64,000 bases of DNA from an uncultured Chloroflexia bacterium. GTDB taxonomy: Bacteria > Chloroflexota > Limnocylindria > Limnocylindrales > CSP1-4. The position numbers and the translations under genes are program-made. The notes beneath the pieces are model-generated. The model saw only the letters and a list, made by a program, of their open reading frames with translations, did not search any database and was not told the origin of the DNA. Shown one piece after another: positions 10,277 through 20,654 of this stretch. The stretch's first letter is position 1. Each line of letters begins with the position of its first letter. The DNA lies in NCBI GenBank assembly GCA_963719285.1, contig CAVRBO010000004.1, positions 324,898-388,897 of the forward strand. Direction: 5' to 3'.

Positions 10277-10282
10277 CGCCGT

Positions 10283-11113
10283 TCAGGTCACCACGACGCC
10301 CGGCGGCAGGTCGTCGCGGGCGGGATATGCAGGGTGGAGGTCCTCGAGCACGTCGGCCAGGATCTCTCCGACCGCCAGGTCCCGGAACCACTTGCGGTTG
10401 GCCGGGATCACGTACCACGGCGCGGTCTCGGTCGAGCAGCGGGTCAGGGTATCCTCGAATGCGGCGGTGTAGTCGTCCCAGCGGGCCCGCTCGTCGAGAT
10501 CGGCCATGTTGAACTTCCAGCGCTTCGTCGGGTCGTCGTAGCGAGCCTGGAGCCGCTCCCGCTGCTCGTCCCGGTCGATGAGCAGGAAGAACTTCACGAT
10601 CGTCGTGCCCTCCTCGGAGAGCATCCGCTCGAAGTCGTTGATCTGATCGTAGCGGCGCGACCAGATCGCCTTCGGCACGATGTCGTGGACCCGGACGATC
10701 AGGACGTCCTCGTAGTGCGACCGGTTGAAGATGGCGATCTCGCCCCGTCGCGGCATCGCCGCGTGGACCCGCCACAGGTAGTCGTGGGCGAGGTCCGTCG
10801 AGGACGGGACCCCGAACGGGGTGACCGGCGCGCCCTGCGGGTTCAGCGCCGACAGCACGTGCTTGATCGTGCCGTCCTTGCCCGCCGCGTCGATCCCCTG
10901 GAGGACCACGAGGACCCGGTGCGCGCGTTCGGCCCACAACCGCTCCTGGGCATCGGTCAGGCGGGCCAGGTCGGCGGCGACCTTGGCGCGAACGCTTCCC
11001 TTCGTCCAGCCGTGCGTCGCGGACGGGTCGCGCGCCGCCAGGCGCACGTTCGAACCCGGTTCGACCCTCAGGTGGTCGCGCAGCCTGGAGGTCGCGAGGG
11101 GCTTCTTGGGCAT
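10283..11113 (-). CDS. ppk2: polyphosphate kinase 2 family (polyphosphate:nucleotide phosphotransferase)
   Basis: VLVVLQGIDAAGKDGTIKHV (Walker A) and the conserved PPK2 core ...FNRSHYEDVLIVRVH...WYVIPANRKW. Confidence 0.85.
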   Translation of the reverse strand: MPKKPLATSRLRDHLRVEPGSNVRLAARDPSATHGWTKGSVRAKVAADLARLTDAQERLWAERAHRVLVVLQGIDAAGKDGTIKHVLSALNPQGAPVTPFGVPSSTDLAHDYLWRVHAAMPRRGEIAIFNRSHYEDVLIVRVHDIVPKAIWSRRYDQINDFERMLSEEGTTIVKFFLLIDRDEQRERLQARYDDPTKRWKFNMADLDERARWDDYTAAFEDTLTRCSTETAPWYVIPANRKWFRDLAVGEILADVLEDLHPAYPARDDLPPGVVVT

Positions 11114-11188
11114 CGGTGACCTCGTCCTGCCGGCGCGGTGGCGTTGGTTCCGGGCCGGCCGGCCCGGAGACCGGCAGGATAGCCCCGC

Positions 11189-12478
11189 TCAGGGCGTCGT
11201 GGAGCCGATCCAGACGCTGAAGCCCGTCGCTCCCTCGATCGGCGAGCCGACGGCCACGATCCGCGGACCGTCGGCGGCGAGGTCGGTGACGACCCCGACG
11301 GGTCCGCCCACCAGCGGCGAGGCCGTCCACCGATGGCCGTCCACCGTGGTCCAGATCCCGAACCGGCCGTCGGCTCCGGCGCCGCCGGCCGCGTATCCGC
11401 CCTTGATCGCCGCGACGGTCCGCGAGGCGCCACCCACGAGGGCGTCGACGGCTGGGACGGTGTTCCAGGCGCCGGGTTCGCCGGACCACCACGCCCAGCC
11501 GTCACCCTCGGACGGACCCTGACCCACAGCCACGCACTGGACGCGGACGCAGGCGACGGAATTGGCCGAGCTCTCGGACCCGAAGCCACCGCCGACGGGC
11601 GGCTGCGGGACGACATGGGTCCAGGCGACGCCGTCGCGCGACAGCCAGAACGCCGCCGCGGCGTCGCGGATCCCGGTCGCGACCCAGCCCGGACCTCCGC
11701 GGGCCACGGCCTGGACCTGGGCCCGGCCGCCCGCGCCGTCCACGACCGACGCGTGCCAGGTGACACCGCCGTCGTGCGATATCCAGGCGATCGCCACGCG
11801 TCGAGTGAACCCATCCGCGAACCCGCCGGCGACGATCGCGCCGCCCGACGCGGCCGCGACCGAGGTCATGGCGGCGGCGGTTGCGCCGGCCATGCCGCGC
11901 GTCACATCGTCGCTCAGCGACCACCGCCGACCGTCGACCGACGTCCACGCCCGCGGGTTCGTCGTCGCGGCGTCCGTCCCGACCGCCACGAAGCCCGCCC
12001 CGACCGCCACCACCGCCGTCACGATCCCGTCGCCGGCGGCTGGCACGTGGGTCGCCACCGTCCAGTTGACGGTGTCGCTCGACGACCAGAAGGCGATCCG
12101 TCCGGTGGGCGTGCCGTCGAGCGCCTGGCTGTCGACCGCCACGACCATCCGATCGGGCCCGATGGCGATCCGCTCCATCGTCGCCGCGACACCGGGGACC
12201 GCCACGCGGCGCCAGGCGATGCCGGGTCCGGGAGGCGCCGTGGGGGTCGGCGGCTCGGTCGGGTCGAGGGTCGGTGGGGGCTCAGACGCTCCGCCGGGCG
12301 AGGACTGCGCGCCCCCGGTCGGGTTCGAACCGGTCGGTGCAGCGGCAGTGGCGGGATCGGTCGGCGTCGGTATCGCGGCCCCGCAGGCGGCGAGGACGAG
12401 GGACGCCACGGCCACGGCGGCGAGCGCCAGGATCGGCGTCCGGACCGCGCGCGGCCGCGCCCGGGAACGATGGGGCAT
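11189..12478 (-). CDS. secreted lipoprotein with BNR/Asp-box-like (Ycf48-like) repeats
   Basis: Signal peptide with lipobox LVLAAC. Repeated S-x-D-G-x-x-W motifs (WTSVDGRRW, SHDGGVTWHAS, SRDGVAWTHV, TTVDGHRWTAS). Confidence 0.6.
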   Translation of the reverse strand: MPHRSRARPRAVRTPILALAAVAVASLVLAACGAAIPTPTDPATAAAPTGSNPTGGAQSSPGGASEPPPTLDPTEPPTPTAPPGPGIAWRRVAVPGVAATMERIAIGPDRMVVAVDSQALDGTPTGRIAFWSSSDTVNWTVATHVPAAGDGIVTAVVAVGAGFVAVGTDAATTNPRAWTSVDGRRWSLSDDVTRGMAGATAAAMTSVAAASGGAIVAGGFADGFTRRVAIAWISHDGGVTWHASVVDGAGGRAQVQAVARGGPGWVATGIRDAAAAFWLSRDGVAWTHVVPQPPVGGGFGSESSANSVACVRVQCVAVGQGPSEGDGWAWWSGEPGAWNTVPAVDALVGGASRTVAAIKGGYAAGGAGADGRFGIWTTVDGHRWTASPLVGGPVGVVTDLAADGPRIVAVGSPIEGATGFSVWIGSTTP

Positions 12479-12564
12479 CGGCCTAAGGATAGAATGGCGG
12501 CCTTGCCCCAGGAGCCCGCGGAACCGTCCGGGTCGCGCCGACCACGCCCGACGAGGAGCCAGCC

Positions 12565-14010
12565 ATGACCACGATCACCGGCGCCAAGCCGCACCCCATC
12601 TTCCTCGCCGGCCGGTGGGTCGATTCCCCGGACCCGCTGCCGGTCTCCAACCCGGCGAACGCCGACGATCCTGCCGGCTCCACGTTCAACGCCACGGACA
12701 GCCAGTACGAGGAGGCGGTCGAGGCCGCCGTTGCCGCGTTCCAGGTCACCCGGACCCTGCCCGCCTACGAACGGGGCCGGATCCTGCGCGAGATCGGTGC
12801 GGGGATCAAGGGCCGCCGCGAGGAACTCGGGCGGCTCCTGGCGACGGAGGCCGGCAAGCCGATCCGCGACGCGCTCGTCGAGGTGGACCGGGCGGCGCTC
12901 ACGTTCCGGCTCGGCGCGGAAGAGGCCGAGCGGATGGTCGGCGAGACGATCCCGCTCGATCTCCTGCCGGCTGCGAAGGGCCGGATGGGCATCACCCGGC
13001 GGTTCCCGATCGGCCCCGTCGCGGGGATCAGCCCGTTCAATTTCCCGTTGAACCTGGCGGTCCACAAGATCGCCCCGGCGATCGCGGCCGGCTGCTCGAT
13101 CGTGCTCAAGCCGCCGTCCAAGGACCCGCTCACGATGCTCACGGTGGGCGAGATCATCGAGGCCGCCGGCCCGCCGGCCGGGTCGGTGAGCATCCTGCCG
13201 ATGACCCGAGAGCTCGGCGACCGGATGGTGGCGGACCCGCGGTTCAAGCTCCTCACGTTCACCGGCAGCCCGTCGGTCGGCTGGCGGATGAAGGAGCGGG
13301 CGGGCAAGAAGAAGGTCGTCCTCGAGCTCGGCGGCAACGCCGGGGTCATCGTGGACAAGACGGCCGACCTCGATTGGGCGGTCCGGCGCACGCTGGTCGG
13401 CGCGTTCGCCTATGCCGGCCAGGTCTGCATCAGCGTCCAGCGGATGTTCGTCCACGAGGACATCTGGGACACGTTCATGAGCCGGGTCGTGGAAGGTGTG
13501 AAGAGCCTGAAGGTGGGCGATCCGCTCGACGCGTCGACCGACGTCGGCCCGATGGTCGACGGCGCGGCGGCCCAGCGGACCCAGCGCTGGGTGGACGAGG
13601 CGGTCGCCCTCGGGGGCAAGCTGCTGGCCGGCGGCAAGGCCGACGGCAACTACTTCGCCCCCACCATCCTCACGGACGTGCCGGTGACGGCCCAGGTCTG
13701 CTCGAACGAGGCATTCGCGCCGCTCGTGGTCGCCTTCCCGTTCCGCGACTTCGATGACGCGATCCGCCAGGTGAACGACTCGTTCTTCGGCCTCCAGACC
13801 GGCCTGTTCACGAACGACCTGACCCACGCGTGGCAGGCGTTCAACGAGCTCGAGGTCGGCGGGGTGATCGTCAACGACGTCCCGACCTACCGGGCCGACC
13901 ACATGCCCTACGGCGGGGTCAAGGACTCCGGCCTTGGCCGAGAGGGCCTGCGCTGGGCGATCGAGGACATGACCGAGCTGCGCATCATGGTCCTCGCCCA
14001 ACCGCAGTAG
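12565..14010 (+). CDS. NAD(P)-dependent aldehyde dehydrogenase
   Basis: ALDH family architecture; catalytic-Cys region ...FAYAGQVCISVQRMFVHE..., LELGGNA. Confidence 0.85.
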   Translation: MTTITGAKPHPIFLAGRWVDSPDPLPVSNPANADDPAGSTFNATDSQYEEAVEAAVAAFQVTRTLPAYERGRILREIGAGIKGRREELGRLLATEAGKPIRDALVEVDRAALTFRLGAEEAERMVGETIPLDLLPAAKGRMGITRRFPIGPVAGISPFNFPLNLAVHKIAPAIAAGCSIVLKPPSKDPLTMLTVGEIIEAAGPPAGSVSILPMTRELGDRMVADPRFKLLTFTGSPSVGWRMKERAGKKKVVLELGGNAGVIVDKTADLDWAVRRTLVGAFAYAGQVCISVQRMFVHEDIWDTFMSRVVEGVKSLKVGDPLDASTDVGPMVDGAAAQRTQRWVDEAVALGGKLLAGGKADGNYFAPTILTDVPVTAQVCSNEAFAPLVVAFPFRDFDDAIRQVNDSFFGLQTGLFTNDLTHAWQAFNELEVGGVIVNDVPTYRADHMPYGGVKDSGLGREGLRWAIEDMTELRIMVLAQPQ

Positions 14011-14029
14011 AGCGGGATCGTCGAAGTCC

Positions 14030-14659
14030 GTGGGCGAGGGATCGACGGCCAAGCTGACCGACACCGGCGAGGCCGGACCGAGCCTTGTCGTGCCCGGCGG
14101 TGTCGAGTGGCGCCGTGGGCCCTATCGCGTCAGCACGGACCCAGCGCGGCTCGACGTCGAGGGCACGGCGGACTTCCTCGGGACGACCTACTGGGCACAG
14201 GGGAGGCCCATGTCGATCGTCCGCCGGTCGATCCAGGGCTCGATCGCCTTCGGCGTCTACGACGGGGAGGACCAGGTCGGATTCGCCCGCGTCGTCACCG
14301 ATCGGGCGACTTTCGGCTGGGTCTGCGATGTGTTCCTCCGCGACAGCCATCAGGGCCGCGGCCTTGGGATATGGCTGATGCGCTGCGTGTTGGCGCATCC
14401 GGAGCTTCAGGACCTGCGCCGCTGGCTGCTCGCTTCGACCGGCGCGCGCGGGCTCTACGCGCGGCTCGGCTTCGTGCCGCTCCCCGCCGCGGAACGGTTC
14501 ATGCAGATCGACAACCGGGCGTCCGCGGGCCTCGAGGACCGTCTCCCGAAGCCATCCGAGCGCATGGCGAGCATCGATCGTCACATCTCGGACGGGGTGG
14601 ACCCGTTGGAGCCGATCCGCCAGGATCGTGACGACCGGGAGGCCCAGCGCGGGCGTTGA
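14030..14659 (+). CDS. GNAT family N-acetyltransferase
   Basis: ...TDPARLDVEGTADFLGTTYWAQGR...FGVYDGEDQVGFARVVTD...RGRGLG... fits the GNAT fold. The true start may be an internal GTG (VEWRRG...). Confidence 0.7.
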   Translation: MGEGSTAKLTDTGEAGPSLVVPGGVEWRRGPYRVSTDPARLDVEGTADFLGTTYWAQGRPMSIVRRSIQGSIAFGVYDGEDQVGFARVVTDRATFGWVCDVFLRDSHQGRGLGIWLMRCVLAHPELQDLRRWLLASTGARGLYARLGFVPLPAAERFMQIDNRASAGLEDRLPKPSERMASIDRHISDGVDPLEPIRQDRDDREAQRGR

Positions 14660-14734
14660 TCCCGGTCAGGAACTGAGTCCCACCGCCCGCGACGCCGGGC
14701 GCTGACGCGGAGCGGGCCGTGTCACGATGGGGGC

Positions 14735-15910
14735 ATGGACTTCGCCCTCGGCCCCGAGCTCCAGGCGCTGCGCGAGCGCGCCCGGCGGTTCGTCGTCGAT
14801 GAGCTCCAGCCGCTCGAGGTCCCGTTCGAGAGGGCCGGCGGCAGGCTCCCGAAGGAGCTGGGCCGGGAACTGAGGCGGAAGGCGATCGCTGCCGGTCTCG
14901 TCGGCGGCAACATGCCAAGGGCCGTCGGTGGGCTCGAATGGTCGAACATGGAGCAGGTCGTCGTCCAGGAGCAATGCGGGCAGGTCACCGGCGGCCTCTG
15001 GTCGTACATCCCGGGCGCGTACAACGTGCTGGCGATCGCCGATGCCGGCCAGCGCCAGCGCTACCTCGAGCCGAGCCTCCGTGGCGAGCGCTCCGGTAGC
15101 TACGCCATCACGGAACCCAATGCCGGCTCCGACCCTCGGACGCTCGAATCCAGTGCGGTGCGCGACGCCGCCACAGGGGAGTGGATCCTCAACGGCGAGA
15201 AGTGGTTCGTCACCGGCCCCGACGACACCGACTTCATGATCCTCCACGCCGTGGTCATCGACGGCGACGCACGACGCCCGACCCTCTTCCTGGTGGACTA
15301 CGAGACCCCCGGGCTCCGCATGAGCCACGATCCCGATTACACCCACACGTTCGCCGATCGCCATCCGCAGTTCGTGCTCGAGGACGTCCGCGTGCCGGAC
15401 GAGGCGCGACTTGGCGCGATCGGGGCGGCGGACGACCTGACCAACGAGTGGTTCGTCGAGGAGCGCATCCACATCGGGGCGCGCTGCTACGGGGCGATGG
15501 AGCGCCTGCTCGCGCTGGCCGTCGATTGGGCCACAGACCGGGTCCAGTTCGGCCAGCGGATCTACGACTTCCAGGGCGTGAGTTTCCCGCTGGCCGATTC
15601 CGCGGCCGACGCCTCGGCGGCCCGGCTCCTCACCCGCGAGGCCGCCTGGCTGGCCGACGACGGGGCGGACCGCAAGGTCGTCCACGCCAAGGCCTCGGTG
15701 GCCAAGCTGTTCGCGTCCGAGGCCGCCTACCGGTGCGCGGACCGCGTGGTCCAGGTGTTCGGCGGGCGCGGCTACATGCGCGAGTTCCCGGCCGAGCGGT
15801 ACCTGCGCGAGCTGCGGGTCGACCGGATCTGGGAAGGCACGAGCGAGATCCAGCGACTGGTCATCGCCCGGGCCCTCGAACGGCGAGGCGTCGACCGGGT
15901 GGTGGGATGA
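14735..15910 (+). CDS. acyl-CoA dehydrogenase
   Basis: ACAD N-terminal, middle and C-terminal motifs (GSYAITEPNAGSD; ...QVFGGRGYMREFPAERYLRELRVDRIWEGTSEIQRLVIAR). Confidence 0.85.
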   Translation: MDFALGPELQALRERARRFVVDELQPLEVPFERAGGRLPKELGRELRRKAIAAGLVGGNMPRAVGGLEWSNMEQVVVQEQCGQVTGGLWSYIPGAYNVLAIADAGQRQRYLEPSLRGERSGSYAITEPNAGSDPRTLESSAVRDAATGEWILNGEKWFVTGPDDTDFMILHAVVIDGDARRPTLFLVDYETPGLRMSHDPDYTHTFADRHPQFVLEDVRVPDEARLGAIGAADDLTNEWFVEERIHIGARCYGAMERLLALAVDWATDRVQFGQRIYDFQGVSFPLADSAADASAARLLTREAAWLADDGADRKVVHAKASVAKLFASEAAYRCADRVVQVFGGRGYMREFPAERYLRELRVDRIWEGTSEIQRLVIARALERRGVDRVVG

Positions 15911-18099
15911 CGGCGCCGGTCCGCGGCGTCGGTTTCGACCTGGAGCGTCTGTTCGCACCGCGCTCGATCGCCGTCGTCGGGGCGTCGTTGAGATCCGGTA
16001 TCGCGACCACCGTCCGCGACAACATCGCCAATGTCGGCGGGTCGCAACCGTGCTACTTCATCAATCCGAAGTACGAAGAGGTCGACGGGACCCGCTGCTA
16101 CCCGGACCTCGCGGCGCTGCCGGAGGTGCCGGACACCGTCGTCCTCGCGGTGAACCCGCTCCGTGCCGCCCGGTTCACCCGCGACGCGGCCGAGGCGGGC
16201 GTGCGGACCGTCGTCATCCCCGGTGGCGGCGTCGTGGAGGGCGGCGAAGCGGCCGCCCGGATGCAGGCCGAGGTCCGCAAGATCGGCATCGCGACCGGCA
16301 CGTCCATCCTCGGCCCGAACTGCATGGGCATGGTCGATCTCACGACCCGGAGCGCGACCTACATCGGCGATGTGACGCCCTGGCTGCGGCGCGGTGGCGT
16401 GGCCGGGATCGCCCAGTCCGGGAGCGTTTCGGACGCGTTCATCCACGCGGGCACCCGGATCGGCTGGTCTCGCGTCGTGAGCTGCGGCTCGGAGGTCGTG
16501 CTCGACCTGTGCGACTACCTCGCCTACTGCCTCGACGATGCGGCGACCCAGGCGGTCATCCTGTTCGTCGAGGGCTTCAAGCGGCCTGAACGGTTCCTGG
16601 CCCTGGCCGACCACGCGCTGGCGATCGGCAAGCCGATCCTCGCGGTCAAGGTCGGCAGCAGTCACCAGGCCCAGACCTCGGCGGTCGCGCACTCCGGGTC
16701 GCTCGCCGGCGAGGACCGGATCGTCGACGCGGCATTGCGCGCCGCGGGCGTCATCCGCTGCTCGGACCTCGACGAGCTGCTCGAGGCGGCCGAGCTCGTC
16801 GCCGGGGCGCGCCGCCTGCAGCGGTCCGTCGGGCGCGGTCGGACCGGCGTCGTGACCGTCTCGACCGGGGAGGCGTCGCTCATCGCCGACCTTGCGCCCC
16901 GGACGGGCGTCGACCTCCCGCCGATCCCCCACGCGGCCCGGGCGCGCATCCACTCGGAACTGCCGACGTTGGGCTACATCGGCAACCCGATGGACCCGTG
17001 GGGCGCCGACGAGACCGAGCTCGCCTACGGAGCCTGCCTGCGCGCCTTCGCCGAGTCCGGGGCGTACGACGTGGTCGCCGTGGTCCACGACTTCCCGTAC
17101 CGGTCACAGGCGGGCGAGGTCGAGCTCGCCACCGAGCTGGCGACCGAGCTGATCAAGGCCACCACGGACCGGCCCGACGTACTGCCGGTATTCATCTCGC
17201 TCACCTCGGGCGACGCCACGCCGGAGATCCAGGCCGCTCTCGATGCCGGCGGCGGGATCCCGCTCCTGCGCGGAACCGTCGAGGCGTTCAGCGCCATCGC
17301 CCGGGTCGCCTGGTGGGAGGGCCGTCGCGCGGAGCGGCTGGCCGACGGCCCGTGGCGCGATCGCTGGCCGGCCCTCGCCGCCGACCGGACGAAGTGCGGC
17401 CAGGACGACGTTGCGCCCACGGCCGCGGATCCGACCGTGCGGGCTCTCCCCGAGCGTGACTCGCTACGGCTGCTGCGGGAGGCAGGGATCCCCGTCACTG
17501 CGGCGATCGCCGCCGCCGATGCGGTGGCCGCGGTGGCCGCCGCCGACCGCCTGGGCTATCCGGTCGCACTGAAGCTCGATGCGCGCGGCATCGCCCACAA
17601 GAGCGATATCGGCGGTGTGAGACTGGGTCTCGATGATGAGGGAGCGGTCCGGGCCGCGGTGCCGGAGCTGCTCTCGGCGGGGCGCAGCGCTCACGTCGAC
17701 ATCCGTGGCGTCCTCGTCGAGCCGATGGCCGCCGCCGGCGTCGAGCTGATCGTCGGACTCGAGCGCGACCCGATGTTCGGCCCCGCGGTGCTCGTGGGCT
17801 CCGGGGGTGTCCTCGCCGAGATCCTCGACGATGTCGCGATCCGCCTCGCGCCGATCGGTCCGGCGACCGCCCGGACGATGCTCGACGAGCTCCGGATCGC
17901 GCCGATCCTCGACGGCGTCCGCGGTCGCGGGCCCGTCGACCGCTCTGCCCTGGCCGGCCTCATCGCCGGCGTCGCCCGTCTCGGTATCGATCGCCCGGAT
18001 ATCGTCGAGATCGACCTCAACCCGGTCATCGCCCACCCGGACGGCGCCGTGGCCGTGGACGCCCTCGTCGTCCTCGCCGAGGACCCCGGACGTGCCTGA
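15907..18099 (+). CDS. acetate/acyl--CoA ligase (ADP-forming) family protein: CoA-binding, succinyl-CoA-synthetase-like and ATP-grasp domains
   Basis: SIAVVGAS...GPNCMGMVD... then a C-terminal ATP-grasp (GYPVALKLDARGIAHKSDIGGV). ATG at 15907 overlaps the acd stop (ATGA). The upstream part of ORF 15181..18099 is another frame of the acd gene. Confidence 0.8.
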   Translation: MTAPVRGVGFDLERLFAPRSIAVVGASLRSGIATTVRDNIANVGGSQPCYFINPKYEEVDGTRCYPDLAALPEVPDTVVLAVNPLRAARFTRDAAEAGVRTVVIPGGGVVEGGEAAARMQAEVRKIGIATGTSILGPNCMGMVDLTTRSATYIGDVTPWLRRGGVAGIAQSGSVSDAFIHAGTRIGWSRVVSCGSEVVLDLCDYLAYCLDDAATQAVILFVEGFKRPERFLALADHALAIGKPILAVKVGSSHQAQTSAVAHSGSLAGEDRIVDAALRAAGVIRCSDLDELLEAAELVAGARRLQRSVGRGRTGVVTVSTGEASLIADLAPRTGVDLPPIPHAARARIHSELPTLGYIGNPMDPWGADETELAYGACLRAFAESGAYDVVAVVHDFPYRSQAGEVELATELATELIKATTDRPDVLPVFISLTSGDATPEIQAALDAGGGIPLLRGTVEAFSAIARVAWWEGRRAERLADGPWRDRWPALAADRTKCGQDDVAPTAADPTVRALPERDSLRLLREAGIPVTAAIAAADAVAAVAAADRLGYPVALKLDARGIAHKSDIGGVRLGLDDEGAVRAAVPELLSAGRSAHVDIRGVLVEPMAAAGVELIVGLERDPMFGPAVLVGSGGVLAEILDDVAIRLAPIGPATARTMLDELRIAPILDGVRGRGPVDRSALAGLIAGVARLGIDRPDIVEIDLNPVIAHPDGAVAVDALVVLAEDPGRA

Positions 18100-18913
18100 C
18101 CCGGGGCCGATCCTCCTGCGCGAACCGACGGCGTGGGGGGTGCGCCTCACGCTGAACCGCCCGGCCAAGCTCAACGCGCTGTCCGCCGAGCTGCGCGACG
18201 CGCTGACCGCCGCGGTCGCCGATGCCGAGGCGGATGCGGACGTCCGGGTCATCGCGATCGCCGGTGCCGGCCGCGCCTTCTGCTCGGGCTACGACCTGTC
18301 CGAGGAGGCGCCTGCCGATGTCTGGGGTTGGCGGGCGATCCTCGCCGAGGACGTCGCCGCGACCCTGGCCATCTGGCGCTGCCCGAAGCCGGTCATCGCC
18401 CAGGTCCACGGCTTCGCACTCGCCGGCGGGCTGGAGCTCGCGATGGCCTGCGATCTCGTGGTCGCCTCCGATGACGCCCGCCTGGGCGAGCCCGAGATCC
18501 GGTTCGGGTCTGCGCCGGTCACCCTGCTCATGCCGTTCCTCATCGGCCAGAAGGCCACCCGCGAACTGTTGATGACGGGCGACCTCGTCGATGCGTCGGA
18601 GGCGCGCCGGATGGGCCTCGTCAACCGCGTGGTGCCGCTCGACAGCCTCGCCGCCGAGGTGGATGCGCTCGCCGAGACCCTCGCCAAGGTCGAGCCCGAC
18701 GTGATGGCCCCCACCAAGCTCATGCTCAATCGGGCGATGGAGGCCTCGGGCTTCCTCGCGGCGGTCGAGTCCGGCCTCGACCTGCAGTCGATCGTGAACA
18801 CGAGCGCGACCGCGCGCGCGTTCGACGAGATCGTCCGGCGCGACGGCCTGAAGGCCGCGCTCCACTGGCGCGACAGGCGCTACGAGGAACGGCTGGCCGA
18901 TCGAGGCCGCTGA
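18092..18913 (+). CDS. enoyl-CoA hydratase/isomerase (crotonase) family
   Basis: LNRPAKLNALS..., GAGRAFCSGYDL..., HGFALAGGLELAMACD. GTG at 18092 overlaps the preceding stop. Confidence 0.85.
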   Translation: MPDPGPILLREPTAWGVRLTLNRPAKLNALSAELRDALTAAVADAEADADVRVIAIAGAGRAFCSGYDLSEEAPADVWGWRAILAEDVAATLAIWRCPKPVIAQVHGFALAGGLELAMACDLVVASDDARLGEPEIRFGSAPVTLLMPFLIGQKATRELLMTGDLVDASEARRMGLVNRVVPLDSLAAEVDALAETLAKVEPDVMAPTKLMLNRAMEASGFLAAVESGLDLQSIVNTSATARAFDEIVRRDGLKAALHWRDRRYEERLADRGR

Positions 18914-18970
18914 GGACGGCACCGCCCCGTGGGACCTTGGTCCCGCGACCCCCCCCGGCGTTGCGCACCG

Positions 18971-18989
18971 GCTCCGAGTGGCTCGGAGC
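18971..18989 (+). terminator. hairpin gctccgag-tgg-ctcggagc downstream of the enoyl-CoA hydratase gene (no T tract)
   Basis: 8-bp perfect inverted repeat seen in sequence. High-GC organisms often lack U-tracts. Confidence 0.25.
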
Positions 18990-19238
18990 GCGGTCCACGC
19001 ACGACCCACCCTCGTGGCGGAACCAATCCGATGGGACCAAGGTACCGCCCCGACTGGTCCCCTCGTCCGATGGAGTGGTGCGCATCTGGTCCGTTTAGAT
19101 GAGGCCCATCAGCTGGATGGGCTACCGAGACCGGGTATCGCGAGACCTCAGACCCGTCGGACGCCCCTGCAGACCCGCGCCAACACCGCCCGGCAGTCGC
19201 CGGACGGCCCGTTTCAGCCAGACAAAGGGGTTTCTGTC

Positions 19239-19823
19239 ATGCCTGAGATCGCCACCACGGACCCCGACCGGAACCGCCGCCGGCGGCGCCGGGGCCTCAT
19301 CGTCCTCATCCTCGCCCTGTCCGTGGCCAGCCTGGGGGCCGGTGCCTTCTCGCTCGCTATCTTCACGGACTCCGATGCCTCGACCGGCACGTTCACCGCC
19401 GGCACGATCGACATCGCGACGAATCCGACCACGCTGTTCACGGTCGCCGCGCTCATGCCCGGCGACTCCGGCAGCGCGACCCTCACCGTCAACAACAACG
19501 GCACGGGCCAGCTCCGCTACGCGATGACAAGCGCCTCGACGAACGCGGACACGAAGTCCCTGCGCGACCAACTCCAGCTGACCGTCCGTCCGGGCGCGTG
19601 CCCGAGCGCGGCGGCGACGATCTACAACGGCGCACTCAGCGGAGCGGCCTTCGGCAGCACCGCACAGGGCGCGCAGGCTGGCGACCGGACCCTGAACGCG
19701 GCCTCCAGCGAACAGCTCTGCTTCGGCTGGTCGTTCGCCCTCGCGAGCGGCAACGGCTATCAGGGCGCGACCACGACGACCACGTTCACCTTCACCGCGG
19801 AGCAGACCTCGAACAACCCGTAA
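19239..19823 (+). CDS. TasA/camelysin-like secreted protein with SipW-cognate class signal peptide
   Basis: N-terminus ...RRRRRGLIVLILALSVASLGAGAFSLAIFTDSDASTGTFTAGTIDI carries the A-x-F-T/S-D...F-x-x-G-T-(I/L)-D-(I/L) signature of TasA/SipW-cognate proteins. RBS AAAGGGG upstream of ATG 19239. Confidence 0.7.
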   Translation: MPEIATTDPDRNRRRRRRGLIVLILALSVASLGAGAFSLAIFTDSDASTGTFTAGTIDIATNPTTLFTVAALMPGDSGSATLTVNNNGTGQLRYAMTSASTNADTKSLRDQLQLTVRPGACPSAAATIYNGALSGAAFGSTAQGAQAGDRTLNAASSEQLCFGWSFALASGNGYQGATTTTTFTFTAEQTSNNP

Positions 19824-19937
19824 CCCTCCGGCTGCGCTCGTTCGCCGCGGCTCGCCTGGATCACCTCATCCGGCTGAGTCGCGGCTGACGGGTCGCCAGC
19901 CCGGTGTGGGCCTTCTCCCCCAGAGAGGCAGGCACCC

Positions 19938-20654
19938 ATGGGCATCACGCCCGCGCCGATCGCTGCGGTGGCGCAGCGGCACCAGAACCCATATCGCATC
20001 GTCCGCTGGATCCTCGATGCCGCGCTCATCGGGCTGATCGTCGTCGCCCTCGCAGGAGCCGCACTCGGCAGGCTCGTGCCATTGACCGGTCGCGAGACGC
20101 TCATCATCGGGGGCGCGTCGATGGAGCCGGAGATCGCGCTCGGGGCGGCCGTCGTCATCGAGCCCGTCAGCCCGGACCAGATCGCCGTCGGCGACATCGT
20201 GAGCCTTCGTTCGGGCGAGGGCCTCAAGAGCATCTTCACCCACCGGGTCACGCGGGTCATCAACCGCTCGGACGGGATCTGGATCGAAACCAAGGGCGAC
20301 GCGAACCGGATCATCGACGCGTCGATCACGCCGGCGACGAACGTCATCGGGCGGGTCGTCCTGAACGTTCCCTACGGCGGGTTCCTGCTGAAGCTGCTGT
20401 CCATCCCGAGCGGGGTGACCCTGATGATCTGCCTCGCCGGCGCCCTCGTCGCGTCGACCTGGCTGGTCGAGACCGTGGAGATCGAGCGCCGTCGCTGGCC
20501 CCGTCCGGTGCCCGCCGGCGCCAGGTCGGCCGAGGGCAGACCAGCAGACGCCGCGACTCCGGCGGTCGGCCCGGTCCGCAGGGCACGGAAGCGGCGCGCC
20601 GCCGCCCAGGGTCCCTCCGCGGCGGCGGCCGGCGCCGGGGACGACGGGGCATGA
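19938..20654 (+). CDS. sipW: signal peptidase I, SipW (archaeal/ER) type
   Basis: TM helix then ...IIGGASMEPEIALGAAVV...IWIETKGDANRIID... (SipW/Sec11 type catalytic Ser-His motifs). Basic/Ala-rich C-terminal tail. Confidence 0.8.
   Translation: MGITPAPIAAVAQRHQNPYRIVRWILDAALIGLIVVALAGAALGRLVPLTGRETLIIGGASMEPEIALGAAVVIEPVSPDQIAVGDIVSLRSGEGLKSIFTHRVTRVINRSDGIWIETKGDANRIIDASITPATNVIGRVVLNVPYGGFLLKLLSIPSGVTLMICLAGALVASTWLVETVEIERRRWPRPVPAGARSAEGRPADAATPAVGPVRRARKRRAAAQGPSAAAAGAGDDGA

Noticed and set aside
18914-19238. Possible riboswitch in the long 5' leader of the TasA-like operon (paired elements gggacc-ttg-gtccc, gggaccaaggtacc)
   Set aside because: Contains hairpins but I could not match any riboswitch class from memory. 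Left as unassigned structured leader, worth an Rfam scan.
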